From Thalia democratica (Eukaryota), in the NCBI GenBank assembly GCA_965202585.1, contig OZ241826.1:87606001-87670000 (forward strand): 64,000 nt of DNA, in the 5' to 3' direction. Position numbers and translations under genes: made by a program. A model generated the notes under the pieces. That model worked only from the letters and a program-made list of their open reading frames with translations, was not told where the DNA came from and made no database searches. Positions 25,514 to 36,737 of this stretch are shown in pieces; within the stretch, counting starts at the first letter, position 1; every line of letters starts with the position of its first letter.

Positions 25514-26265
25514 TTATATCATATTAAGAGCTTCTTCATATGTTGGCAGTTTAGTATTTGACCTGAAGTTCACTTCTTGTTTGTTTATATTCGATAAAGA
25601 TTGTGATTCATTTTCATACTCCAACTAATTATCAGAATTCATTATTTCATTAAAAGTTGGAGGTTAGTCAAATCGTATAACATGAATTGTGTCTTCATCT
25701 AGTATGAACGTTAATATAATACTCCATATAAACATAAAAATACTATCAAACTATTTTTCTTTGTTTAATTTATTGATATACTAAACGTAATTTACCAAAC
25801 TAAACAACATGTACCAATTACAATTATATCAAACCTGTATCATCCAATACTCTTCTTCCTGGAAATATTATTGCCTTTCCAACAATTCACCAAAGTTGAA
25901 ATATAAACACAATTAGCGGAACTGCAAATAAAATAATACCCCAATCTGGTAAACCTTTTCCCTCGGCTACAGCTTTTAAAATAATATATAAACGATTATA
26001 AATACTCGAATAGTTTAAAATAGTTTGTTTTATTATGTAAATACTTTAACATTCCATTCTAATGAAATTCTTTCAAAATATTAGAAAATACAAAGCTCCT
26101 ACTATTAAAACATATTTTAGTTACCGTTTAATTTTAGTTTTTTATTACAGACATTTTTTTCAATTTATTTCAACAACTAATCACAATACAATATTACCTG
26201 TGCTTGTAGTATTTGTTTGATTACTGACTATCGTTATCTTTAAAAGTGTGCTGTAATATCATTTT
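25514..26265 (-). pseudogene. Single-pass membrane protein with PY-type tail, copy A (exons 26265-26198, 25972-25835, 25698-25514)
   Basis: Spliced phase-1 GT-AG exons give ...SNQTNTTST/AVAEGKGLPDWGIILFAVPLIVFIFQLW*IVG.../DEDTIHVIRFD*PPTFNE...DN*LEYE...KLPTYEEALNMI*. Stops at 25887-25889, 25664-25666 and 25625-25627. The upstream exon is frameshifted. Absent from the ORF track. Confidence 0.7.
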
Positions 26266-28400
26266 CTGTATAAGTAATGTAAATTTTGTTTAAGAATAAA
26301 ACTAATACTTTTTTTTGCAGCTAACCTATAACAGTAAAAGTTAAACTTAGTTTTAAAAGTCATTAATTTAAAAATTTTAACACAAATAAACTATAAAATT
26401 AATTATAATTATATTCTTTACTAAAACAAAAGCTAAAAACTAAATTTTGAAAAAGTTTTTTTAAAGTTAGTATAATGAAGAATTTCTCGAATAAATTAAA
26501 ATAGTTTATTTTTTTACGTAAATAATTTATAACTATATTCTAATAAACACGTTTGAAAATATTAAAAAATATAGAGCTCTCAATATTTATATATTTTTAT
26601 AGCTTACAGAACAATTTAATTTCTTATGTAATCAAATTAATGATATGTTAGTTTTACCAAAAAATTAATAATAAATATAGTCAAAAATGGATATTGATCG
26701 CGGGTGGGTTTTGAACTCGTCCTCTTTTTCACGTACAAATTTGATACAAGCATGAGTGTTTACATTAAATTTTAAAAAAAAGTAGCTGTAAGTTTAGTTT
26801 ATTACTAAAATTTAGGTTCTTAATCAAAACACAGTATAATATCGAGTTGATAAAGTTAAGTTTAGTTGTCTTGATTTCTATGTAGCTTTTTTTAAGAATA
26901 GTTTGTAAAGATTTAGTCTAAAAAGGTAGACGAGTTTTATAAATATTAAAGTAAAACACCTTTCGATAAAATACATTCTTAAATTTTATTCAAAATTCAT
27001 TAATTTTTTGAGCTCTTTAAAAAACATTTGTTATTATAGAACTATACTTTTGTAATTAGTAAATAAAGATAAAATAGTTAGATTTTAAAAACTTTTGTAT
27101 TTCTAAGATAATTAATTCTATCAAACATTATTCTAATCATGGAATTGTTATTAAAATTTGTCAGTTATTCATAATTTCTAAAACTAGTTGTTTTGTAAAA
27201 GGTAAAAAAGTGTAGTTTCAATATATGTTAGGTATACTAATAATCTTATAATACCATACTAAAGTGTGTGTGGGGTAATCTTCTTTAATAATTCTGAATT
27301 TCAATTCGGTTTATTGGAATAATAATAGTACTTTAAGATAAATTTAAGATTTTGTTTTAATTAACACTAGTTAAAGACGGTATTATTGTATATTAAATGA
27401 AAAGAAAAACCGCTAAAAAAGTTTGGTTTAAAAACCTGGATATGAAAAATCTTTCGTTTATCGAGTAATACACAACGGATACAGTTTAATGTCTTGTAAA
27501 GGGCAGTTGAAAAGACATTAGTATGCATATAAAAAATTTAGTATTTACTGAGTGTTTAATAAAAGCTATTGAACGCAGGTTAAATAACAGACTTAAACTA
27601 TTATCTCTGAATGGTGTGTTTTGAATAACATTTTTAGTCTACTTCAGTATAAGCATTTAAATATTAGAACAAATGTACAAAGTTAATGTACAATAATACT
27701 AAATTAGGTTTAACTTTAATTTCAAAAAATAAAAAATAAAAAACAGTAATTTATGAATAGTATAACAAACACTGTTTGCGTTTTATAATAAAAATTATTT
27801 GTATTAATACCGTTTTAGATATACCTTTAGTTATTTGAATAATTTGTAAGACTTATTTTTTACAATTATATTCGATCTAAAATATTTTTATTTTGTGTAT
27901 ATAACAAAAACTTTTCATTATGAATCTGATTAAATAAAAATATGTTTAACTGTCATAAAAATGGAATTAAATTGATAGTGTAAAAAAGTTCAAAACATAT
28001 TAAAGTAGATATAAATACTTTATATTGATGTCTTGAAATTTCTAATTTTAATGAAATCAAAAAACTTTGAACAACTTATTTGTAAAGGCTAAAATGTAAT
28101 CTTTTAACTTACACTTTTTGTTTATATATAAATAAAAACAATTGCAACCAACAATTTATAATGATAACTTATAAAATGTTATTAAAATTGAAAACTTTTA
28201 TAATTCTTTTAACATTTTAAATTTAATAAAGTCTTGAAAACCACTAACTATAAAATTTAATTTCAAAAGTTTAGTTTATAACTTTGATTTAAAAAATTTA
28301 AGTAGTATTGTCTAAAATTTTTTACCATTAAAATCTTAAATAAGTTCAACAGACTATAAAGTGGTTATAAATTTGAGAAAAATGTTACTAATCAAAAATG

Positions 28401-28473
28401 TTCCCAGACCCGGGAATCGAACCCGGGCCGCGTGGGCTAGAGCCACGAATCCTAACCACTAGACCACCTGGGA
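28401..28473 (-). tRNA. tRNA-Glu-like body with CTA (amber) anticodon; variant or pseudogene
   Basis: TCCCAGG TG GTCTAGTGGTTAGGATT CGTGG CTCTAGC CCACG CGGC CCGGG TTCGATT CCCGG G TCTGGGA A. A and B boxes are intact and all stems pair. One extra G follows the T-stem. TATATAAA at -33..-26; T5 terminator. Confidence 0.75.
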
Positions 28474-29080
28474 AGGTGTTCCTGAGCAAGTTTTAATATT
28501 TATATACGTATGCACAAGTAAACACCCATATATTGTGCGTGCTAACGTGTTTAGGTGAAAAATATATAACATTCCTTGTCTGTAGCTTGTCGTCGATGTA
28601 ACAAATGCTTAATAGTTTTATGTAACTAGTCTAAGTTTTTGTTTATTACCAAGGTTTTATTTTTAAAACATGTTTTACTACTAATATTTTAATAGCAGAA
28701 ATAATTAAAACGCTTTGATATAAAAACAACCTTGAAGTTTTGCAGAAACTATTTAGGTTCATGTGCGAATTTAAACTTTTAAATAAAATGTTTTATTAAT
28801 CTTGTATTTTAAAACTTTAAATTATTTTGTTGCACATTATGTAATAATACATGTGTATTAATTTACACGGTTTCGAAAAATTAAAACTAATTCTAAAACT
28901 TAATTGAATGTTATGTTAAAGCTTTTTTAGACTGTCTTGACTAAAAAAAAGTACAATGATCAAAAATTAATATTTATATTTTTTTTTAATTTGAAGTGAT
29001 GGTTATTTTAAAATAAATTTTATTTAAAAACTCAAAATAAAGACTAGAATATATTTACATTAAACAGTATACACTTATAT

Positions 29081-29100
29081 CTATATATATATATATATAT
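29081..29100. repeat. (TA)n microsatellite
   Basis: Direct reading. Confidence 0.8.
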
Positions 29101-30168
29101 TTATTTATTTACGTTATAAGTAGTTTATACAAGGTGGATAAATTAAAAAGAAAAATAACAATACATTAATTAAGCATGGTGTTTATAACTTTATTTATTT
29201 TAAGTAGAATTATGTACTTAAACTATTACTACAGAAACAAACAAAATAAACAAAAATAATAATGACGTGATTTTTAATTTGTCCAAACTGTATAAATGCA
29301 TAAAAAAAAAAACTTCAACTCAACTATAAAAATTATGAACATTAAATAATTAATTACAACATTTTAAGTTTGTTGAAGTTTTCGAATTTTTGATGCAGTT
29401 TGTTGATGAATATTTTCTGAATTCTGAATTTTTCTTGAATATATATATACAAAAAATAAAACTTGATCAACTAATTCAATATTTACTGAACCCACTAAAA
29501 AGCTTTTAAATAATTTATTACAAAATTTAACAAATATAAAAAACAGTATAATTGTTTTATTTAGGCTTTTGCATATAATTATAAGCTGTTTAAACTGGAA
29601 AATGTTTGAATGTAAAAACATTATTTAACAGAAAAAACAAAGTATGATGAAATTTTGTACGAGAAGCATAATAGTGCGAAAAAAAATTTAGTTCGAAACT
29701 AACAACTAAAATATTATTATTTTTTATATTAATAAACTTTAAGAATTCTATTAAGTATGTCGGCAAGAAAATTCTCTTTACACGTTTAAGTTCATATACT
29801 ATATTTAACTCTTATATATATTAAAAAAAATACTAAGACAATTTTACAAACTATAAGCGTAAGCAAGATTCACTTATTCTATTACAAATGCATATAAAGT
29901 TTTTAAAAAACAAGTTATAAGATTTAAAAAAGCATTTTCACATTAGTTTTCTGACTTCATTTCAATAGAAATACAATTTATTTTTTGTTGTTAGCAATGA
30001 TCAAAATAATTTAAATTATTTTATAATGAGCTTTATTGGATCTATAAACAAATTTTTACTAAAATTATGTTTTGTAACTATTTTTACGTAGTGAATTCTA
30101 GGATTTTTATTTTATTTTTTATTAAAATAAATAAAATCTACATCGTAACCTGATTTAAAACAAAAAAA

Positions 30169-30240
30169 AGGTCTTACCGAGACTTGAACTCGGATCAAAG
30201 AATTCAGAGTCCTGTGTGCTAACCATTACACCATAGGACC
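30169..30240 (-). tRNA. tRNA-Gln(CTG), partly degenerate
   Basis: GGTCCTATGGTGTAATGGTTAGCAC...GACTCTGAA...CCGAGTTCAAGTCTCGG. One acceptor-stem mismatch, a weakened anticodon stem, and a poly-T terminator. Confidence 0.75.
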
Positions 30241-30261
30241 ACACGTCAAGCTTATAAATAA

Positions 30262-30273
30262 TTCGTTTATAAA
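30262..30273 (-). promoter_or_regulatory. Upstream TATA-like element of tRNA-Gln
   Basis: TTTATAAACGAA at -33..-22; identical 12-mer upstream of tRNA-Pro. Confidence 0.5.
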
Positions 30274-30534
30274 TATTAAGCACGTGTATCTTGGTAGATG
30301 CGAGAGAACGTGAGAAAGTAAATCGTAAGCTTGTTGCTTGGTACAAACTGTTTGCATTTCAATCAGCCAACATACCTTTTTGGAACTAATTTGAAAGTGT
30401 TTTCTGCAATAAAGCTATATTAGGTTTAGTATTTTATTCTATATTTTGATTTTAAAAGTAGTTTTTATTGACTATTTTACTTTAAACATAGTTCAATGAT
30501 GATAACATAAACGAAAATTTTTGTAAATTTTAAG

Positions 30535-30898
30535 CCCCTAGCCCTTACCCTCGGTCAGTAAGTTAATTTATTATAATATATTTATTATTAGTATCATAAT
30601 TAAAAAAATAATAATAATTTATTTTTTTTTACTATCACTTTCACCTGTAATCCTTACTTTCGATCAGTAACATTTTTCTTTTATACTTATTTTGTTTTCT
30701 GTTTTTATAAGCTTTTTTTTTCTATAATTTTTTACTCTTGTGCAAAAATGTAACTCGTGAATAATTTACCCTTGGCGCAAAATCGTCTTCGTTCAATTTT
30801 GTTTAGTTGTACAACTTTATACACTCCTGTAATTTTGTTTTCGTGCAATTTATTAACCTCGTGCAATTTTGTCTTCGAGCAATTTAGACACGTTCCTG
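30535..30898 (+). mobile_element. 3' half of a TTTTGCACGA-family element
   Basis: CCTTACCCTCGGTCAGTA motifs followed by TCGTGCAA repeats, ending GACACGTTCC. Confidence 0.65.
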
Positions 30899-31010
30899 TA
30901 AGATACGGTATCTTACGGTTTGTAATAGGTTAAAATATTTATGTAGAATAAAATTATACATATATACTACTTTTTGTTGATATAATATAAGACATCTTGT
31001 TTGTTTTAAG

Positions 31011-31270
31011 CAGGGTTTTCCAAGTTAGGCCATGTGGCCCCTTTGGGGGCTATGACCGAAATTGAGATAGTCATGAGCAATAAAGGGGCCACAGGGAAGC
31101 TATGAAGTCAAAGTTTGAGATATTTAAATTACACTAGATATTCTGGAGTTGATGATGACGAGAAAATAAAAAGGTCTAATAGTATTTTTTTGAACAATCT
31201 TGTTGGAAGAGACCATAGCTTTTTTAATTTATTTAAACTAATATTTTGGAAAAAGGTTTGGGAAACTCTG
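31011..31270 (+). mobile_element. hAT-like MITE, 260 bp
   Basis: Imperfect 13-bp TIRs CAGGGTTTTCCAA / TTGGGAAACTCTG. Flanks GTTTTAAG / CTTTATAG match 5/8, consistent with an eroded TSD. Confidence 0.65.
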
Positions 31271-31519
31271 CTTTATAGTGTTACAATTTGAACATCAAAA
31301 AGGCTAGATTATCTAGAATTATATTTAATACTTTAATATGTATAAAAAAGCTGAAAAAAAAATTATAAACATTCATCTGTAATATGTACAGCAATAATCG
31401 CAAGACAAAACAAATTTGCTAATGAATTTTAAAAGTCGCTTTTAACGAGGGCATCGCTTTTAGTTGTGACGTAATAATTCAATTAGATAATAAATGCATT
31501 AATGTTCGATTTCCCATAA

Positions 31520-31593
31520 GGCTCTATGGCTTAGTTGGTTAAGCCGCCTAATTAATAATCAATAGGTACTGATTTTAAATCTAGGTCGTGCTA
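31520..31593 (+). pseudogene. Degenerate tRNA (Thr-like)
   Basis: The 5' half GGCTCTATGGCTTAGTTGGTTAAGCCGCCT resembles tRNA-Thr. Anticodon arm and B box are decayed. Confidence 0.5.
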
Positions 31594-32137
31594 CCTTTAT
31601 TAATAATAGTTATAACATTAATATCATAACAAAATTATAACCATTCGAATTTTTAGTTCACTTTCTGCGCAATGAATGTAATGAGTTAGTTTTATAAAAA
31701 AAAAAACTTAAAAATAGTTGTTAAAACCGTTAAAAAGTTATTATATGAATAAGTAATCTTTATACAATATCAGGAAACAAACAACCAATTGTACAAACAA
31801 AAAAAAAGAAATAAAAAAATTTCTGTTTCCAAGTTTTTTTTTTTTCCTAAAATAGAATCTAATAACAAGTTTATCATATAAAAATTGATGAAAAACAATA
31901 ATACTCTTAAAACTTTTGGTTTAAGGACTAAGTTAAACTTTTCGGTCATTGAGTGGTACACACACTTAAATTTTAATAAAAATAAACTAAGAAATTCTAT
32001 ATTCGTATACATATATATATATATAATTTATTCAAATGGCGATTTTAAAAATTCTGGAACATATGTTTCACAAAGCTTTAATTTTTCATAAAGCTTTGAT
32101 TATCAGCCAGTTAAATTCAAAATAAAAAGCACTGTAC

Positions 32138-32457
32138 TAAACAAAGATACAAAAGTTATGCAAAAAAACAAAAAACAGTATGACGTAATATTGTACATTA
32201 CAAACATTCAGTACAAAAATCGATCTACCTTCTAACTAATCAAACAACTAAAATTAACGAAAACAACAGTTTATTGACTATAAAATAACTATATATTATA
32301 CAATTTTGAAGTATTTTATAGTCACTTAACTGTTGTTTTTGTTAATTTTACTTGTTTGAAAGTTAGATGGTAGATCGATTTTTTACTAAATTTTTGAATG
32401 TACAGTATTACGTCATACTGTTTTTTGTTTTTTGTAGAACCTTTGCATCTATGTTTA
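32138..32457. mobile_element. Near-palindromic (fold-back) MITE, Tc1/mariner-like ends
   Basis: ~145-bp inverted arms (AGTATGACGTAATA / TATTACGTCATACT, AAATCGATCTACC / GGTAGATCGATTT). Same end motif as 63598-63718. Confidence 0.75.
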
Positions 32458-32616
32458 GCAAACTGATGAAAAATACAATTTTAAAAATACTAATTCATAT
32501 TTTTCATGAAGCTAAACGCTTTAAAAGTATTTTTTAAATCTTATTTTTCAAATAAATTATTTGAAAGCTCTTCAAGTTGGCTCAGTAGAAGGTGTTGTAA
32601 TTTAAATAATAACCTT

Positions 32617-32620
<4 letters not shown>

Positions 32621-32661
<41 letters not shown>
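32621..32661. repeat. (TA)n microsatellite
   Basis: About 20 TA units. Confidence 0.9.
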
Positions 32662-32666
<5 letters not shown>

Positions 32667-33136
32667 ACGATTATCAGCACTAAAAAATAAAAAAGTGTAT
32701 TAAGTCAGGTTATGATTATAATAACCAAGTTAAAACAGTGAGAAAAATATCGTTTTCAGCGACTTTAAATTAGAGGGAAATTTATTTTTGTTATTTTATA
32801 TAAAAATTTCTGTTCAGTTTTAAAATTAAATCTACAAAAAAGGTGTAGTCTACAATCATAAGTTAAACAATATGCATCTTTAACAACTGACCATAAAGCC
32901 TAACTTTATAATTCCTAATATTATTTTGCATAACTTGTTCAGTAGTTTATATTGAAATTTCACACTAACATCAGTTTTATTATTTCTAGTTAATCAAACA
33001 TAACAATTCATCAATATATATATAATTCATACGAAGCTCGATTCGATGGTTACTAATGAGACTTAAGATATTTTATTTCTCAATAACCTAGTTCAAAAAA
33101 AAAAAGGTAAACCTTTATTTTGAACTAAAAGAACAT

Positions 33137-33208
33137 GGGCCTGTCCGGGAATTGAACCCGGGACCTCGCGCACCCGAAGCGCGAATCATACCCCTAGACC
33201 AACTAGCC
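33137..33208 (-). tRNA. tRNA-Pro(CGG)
   Basis: GGCTAGTTGGTCTAGGGGTATGATTCGCGCTTCGGGTGCGCGAGGTCCCGGGTTCAATTCCCGGACAGGCCC. One A-A mismatch in the acceptor stem. Confidence 0.85.
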
Positions 33209-33227
33209 ACGAGAAGCTAACTTTTTT

Positions 33228-33239
33228 TTCGTTTATAAA
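33228..33239 (-). promoter_or_regulatory. Upstream TATA-like element of tRNA-Pro
   Basis: TTTATAAACGAA at -31..-20. Confidence 0.5.
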
Positions 33240-33835
33240 GCTAATATGCAAACAATTTTCATATGTAAGTAATAGTATTTGTGATTGCATTTCGCAATAA
33301 GTTATACATGTTAAATTGTCTCGAAATAATACTTTTATCTAATTAAATTTAACTCAATTAAAAAAGTAAATTGTTAGTTTAATTCCATTAATAAGATAAT
33401 TATAAAAAAAATCTGTAACTTTTTCTGAAATAATATTTTATTTAACAATTAAAAGCACATTAGTAATCTTATAACATACGTATATTTACAGATTAATTAT
33501 GAATGTAGTTTTTTGTCACTTACTTATATTTGGTGTGATTTACCTACGGTCTTAACAGAAATTTAATTCTAACAAATTTTAAAATTTTGTCATCTTAAAT
33601 TGTTTAATAAAGTTAAAATCTAAATAAAAATAAAAAGAATTAAAGTAAAAATGCGGGCAAAATGAAAATTTTTTGGTAATAATCGTTAAGAAAAATGTTG
33701 TATAATTAAACAAGTTTTTATGTAACTCATTTAATTTATTATTATTTACAAAAAAAAACATCTCAACTTTTTATTTACACAGCCTGCTTAGTAATCTGTA
33801 TTATTTAGATTTATACTGTGCTCGAACAGTGCAAA

Positions 33836-34482
33836 GGGGGTAGTTGTCGAAATTTGCGCTAGCGGGCAAAATTGCACGACTTGGCTAAATTGCACTAGGG
33901 GACTAAATGTAAAGACACTTATAAACGAGGCGACTAAATTACACTAAAAAAATTTTTTACAAAGACAGTTTAGCACGCAGAGTCGTTTTTGCACGAAGAC
34001 ACTTTTGCACGAGCAGACAATTTTGCAAGAAGTCATTTTTGCACGGGTTGAATTTATTTATTTAATAATTTTATTTTTTTGTTAATTTGAAAATATATAA
34101 ACATTAATTTTAATTATCTTTTTTCTTATCACTATTACTCCTAAACCTTACCCTCGGTCGATAGTTTTTGCTTCTATTAACTAATTTGTTTTTGTTTTTC
34201 TATTTATAGTTTTTCTCTATAAAAGTTTTTGTTAGTTAATTTTAATTTTTTATTTTTACTATCACTGTTATCCATAATCCTTACCCTCAGTCAGTAACTT
34301 TTTTTTTTCTACCTAATAAAAAAATGATTCTTTCAGTTTTTTTTTTGTTATACAGATATATATATATATATATGTTTTTTTTTTGTTTTTTTAACTGTCG
34401 TGCAAAAATGACCTTCCGTTCAAAGTTTTCTTTGTGTAAACTATTCCCCTTGTGATAATTTGTCTTCGTGCAATTTTTACCT
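33836..34482 (+). mobile_element. Most complete copy of the TTTTGCACGA element family
   Basis: Left end GGGGTAGTTGTC plus GCACGA repeats; internal CCTTACCCTC(G/A)GTC motifs; right end with inverted TCGTGCAA repeats. Confidence 0.7.
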
Positions 34483-34548
34483 GTTTCAAGTACATAAATA
34501 CATACAAACATTCAATATATAAAGCAAATTATTGACCTACAACCAAGT

Positions 34549-34620
34549 GGGGATGTAGCTCAGGGGTAGAGCGCGCGCTTCGCATGCGTGAGGCCCCGGG
34601 TTCAATTCCCGGCATCTCCA
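34549..34620 (+). tRNA. tRNA-Ala(CGC)
   Basis: Full cloverleaf GGGGATGTAGCTCAGGGGTAGAGCGCGCGCTTCGCATGCGTGAGGCCCCGGGTTCAATTCCCGGCATCTCCA. TATATAAA at -33..-26; T5 terminator. Confidence 0.92.
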
Positions 34621-35255
34621 CATTTTTAATTTTAACTTAATTAAGAGTTACTTATTTTCATGAATATAAATTTGAAAATTTATAACTATTTACTAAAAAT
34701 CAGAATATAGTTATTTAATAGCTTTGAAATAATTAGGATACCATAAAGATTTATACAGTAAAGATAACAATTTATAATTAAAAACAAAGGAAAATTGAAC
34801 AAATTTTATATAAAATCAAGAAGTTCAAGAATAATCTTTTAATAACTTATTCTCTAAAACCTTCTATGTTGTAATTCATAAAGTTTTGATGCAAGTTTTT
34901 ATAGATTTATGATTAATTTTTTGTCACAAATTTTAAGTGATTAATAACTAAAAAAACTTATAACTATTAATTAACATAATATTTTTTTTAAATATTAGTA
35001 AAAATATGATCTTTTTATTTCATTTTATGAAATTTACTATTTTTTGACATAAATTGATTTGTTTAAATTTGTTATCTAAGTGTCATTATTTTTATACTTT
35101 TATGTTGTGTATGAAAAACATTTTATTCAAGAAACATTTACCATTGTTTTCACTTATATTGTTGAAAAGTTTAAAATGAGTTAAAAATACCTAAAAATAT
35201 GTTAAACATCTAAATGTTTCAAACTAAGTGACTTTTTTACTTAACAAACGGACCA

Positions 35256-35325
35256 CACGTGGTCACTGGTGGTGAGTAACTAACGTTGTGGCCTTGACAA
35301 CCCGGGTCTAATCCTAGTTACAGTA
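35256..35325 (+). pseudogene. Degenerate tRNA-His(GTG)
   Basis: GTGGTGAGTAAC...CGTTGTGGCC...CAACC matches the His core. B box and acceptor stem are decayed. Confidence 0.6.
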
Positions 35326-36666
35326 CCTATTTGCTTATACTTCACTAAAATACTAATTTTTACTAATATAAGCTTTTTAAAGTATACTGAGTAGTTTTTA
35401 ATGGTTTGTTAAGTTTAAAATGTATAAATCAAAAGTTTATAACATTTAACTAAAAATCTTAATTGTATTTATTACTATTATAAATTTTATTTATCAAATA
35501 TTTAACTTATTACAAACAATTTTGTTAACATATAGAACATAAAGCATTAAATAAACTAAATGTTTAGTTTACCAAACTAAACGTTTATGCATTCTTAGGC
35601 AATAAATAAACACATTCCAAACTTAGATTGACTGTTCTAACTAAGTCGTGAGAACTTTGTAAGACTGTATAAAGTTAGTTAGTTATGTAACAGTGCTTTT
35701 ATAAATTCAAAAGTTTCAGCAAAACTCTGAAAACTTTCATAAACTATTATTTTTAGATTTTATATTTTTCTCTTTAGTGAAAAATAGTATTAAAGGTATT
35801 GATAATAAATTACTAGTAGAAATAAAATTTCAACATCTATAGTAATGAGTCTAATTATTAGAAGAGTGATCAGTTTTTAATGTAAAAAAATATATACAAG
35901 TACCAAAAAAAAAGGTTTTCTAAAGATATATTTTGATAATTTGTGTACTAAAGTTTTAGTTTTAATAATATTTAAATATTTTCTATTTCAAAATGTTATT
36001 AAAAATTTGATTTAAGAAAAAATTCAATTATAAGTTATTATTAAACTTTATAAGTAAATTATTTACACTAGTAAACTTTTTTTAAATTGTTTTTTGTCGA
36101 GTGTTATAAAAAATATTTTAAAGTTTTGGTGTAAATTTTAAAGTTTTGATTTTGATATTAACAACTTATAAAAAATTTGAAAATGTGAAAAGATGTAAAA
36201 ATATTTTAAACAGAAATTACTGATTTGTCAAAAACAGTAATTAAATTTATAAAATTACATATGATGGCCATATATCTACACAAATATATTTATGTCTAAC
36301 GCTAATAAAAATTACTTATACCAAAAACGATTTATTTTGTGATTTAACAAACGAACTAGTTTTTTTTATGTTTGGCTTTAATTTCAGAAAAAAAGTTTTT
36401 ATAGAAATGGTAGAAAACATTTATTTCATATGTCGTATTGAAAAAAACAAAATCGTATGATAAACATGACAATAATTATCTTTACATTGTGACGTAACAA
36501 TATTTTATTTAACGACAAAAAACGCTAAAAACCTATGATCCAAGGTCCTGGTGCACGAAAAAACTTTTTGTTTATCGAATCATACACGACAACAGTTTAA
36601 CATCATTTCCAGGACTAGTAAAATACTATTTGCTTTAAAATCACCCTAAAACCACTTTAAATAGCA

Positions 36667-36737
36667 GTCACCATAGCTCAGTGGCAGAGCGCCGGTCTTG
36701 ATAATAGCTGTCGATGGTTCGAACCTCTCCGGCGGCA
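36667..36737 (+). pseudogene. Degenerate tRNA (probably Thr(TGT)-derived)
   Basis: A box TAGCTCAGTGGCAGAGC and B box GGTTCGAACC are present. The anticodon arm CCGGT-CTTGATA-ATAGC does not pair. Confidence 0.55.

Noticed and set aside
26695-26740. tRNA 3'-half-like fragment on the minus strand (GAGTTCAAAACCCACCCGCG)
   Set aside because: Only a B-box-like piece; no cloverleaf can be built.
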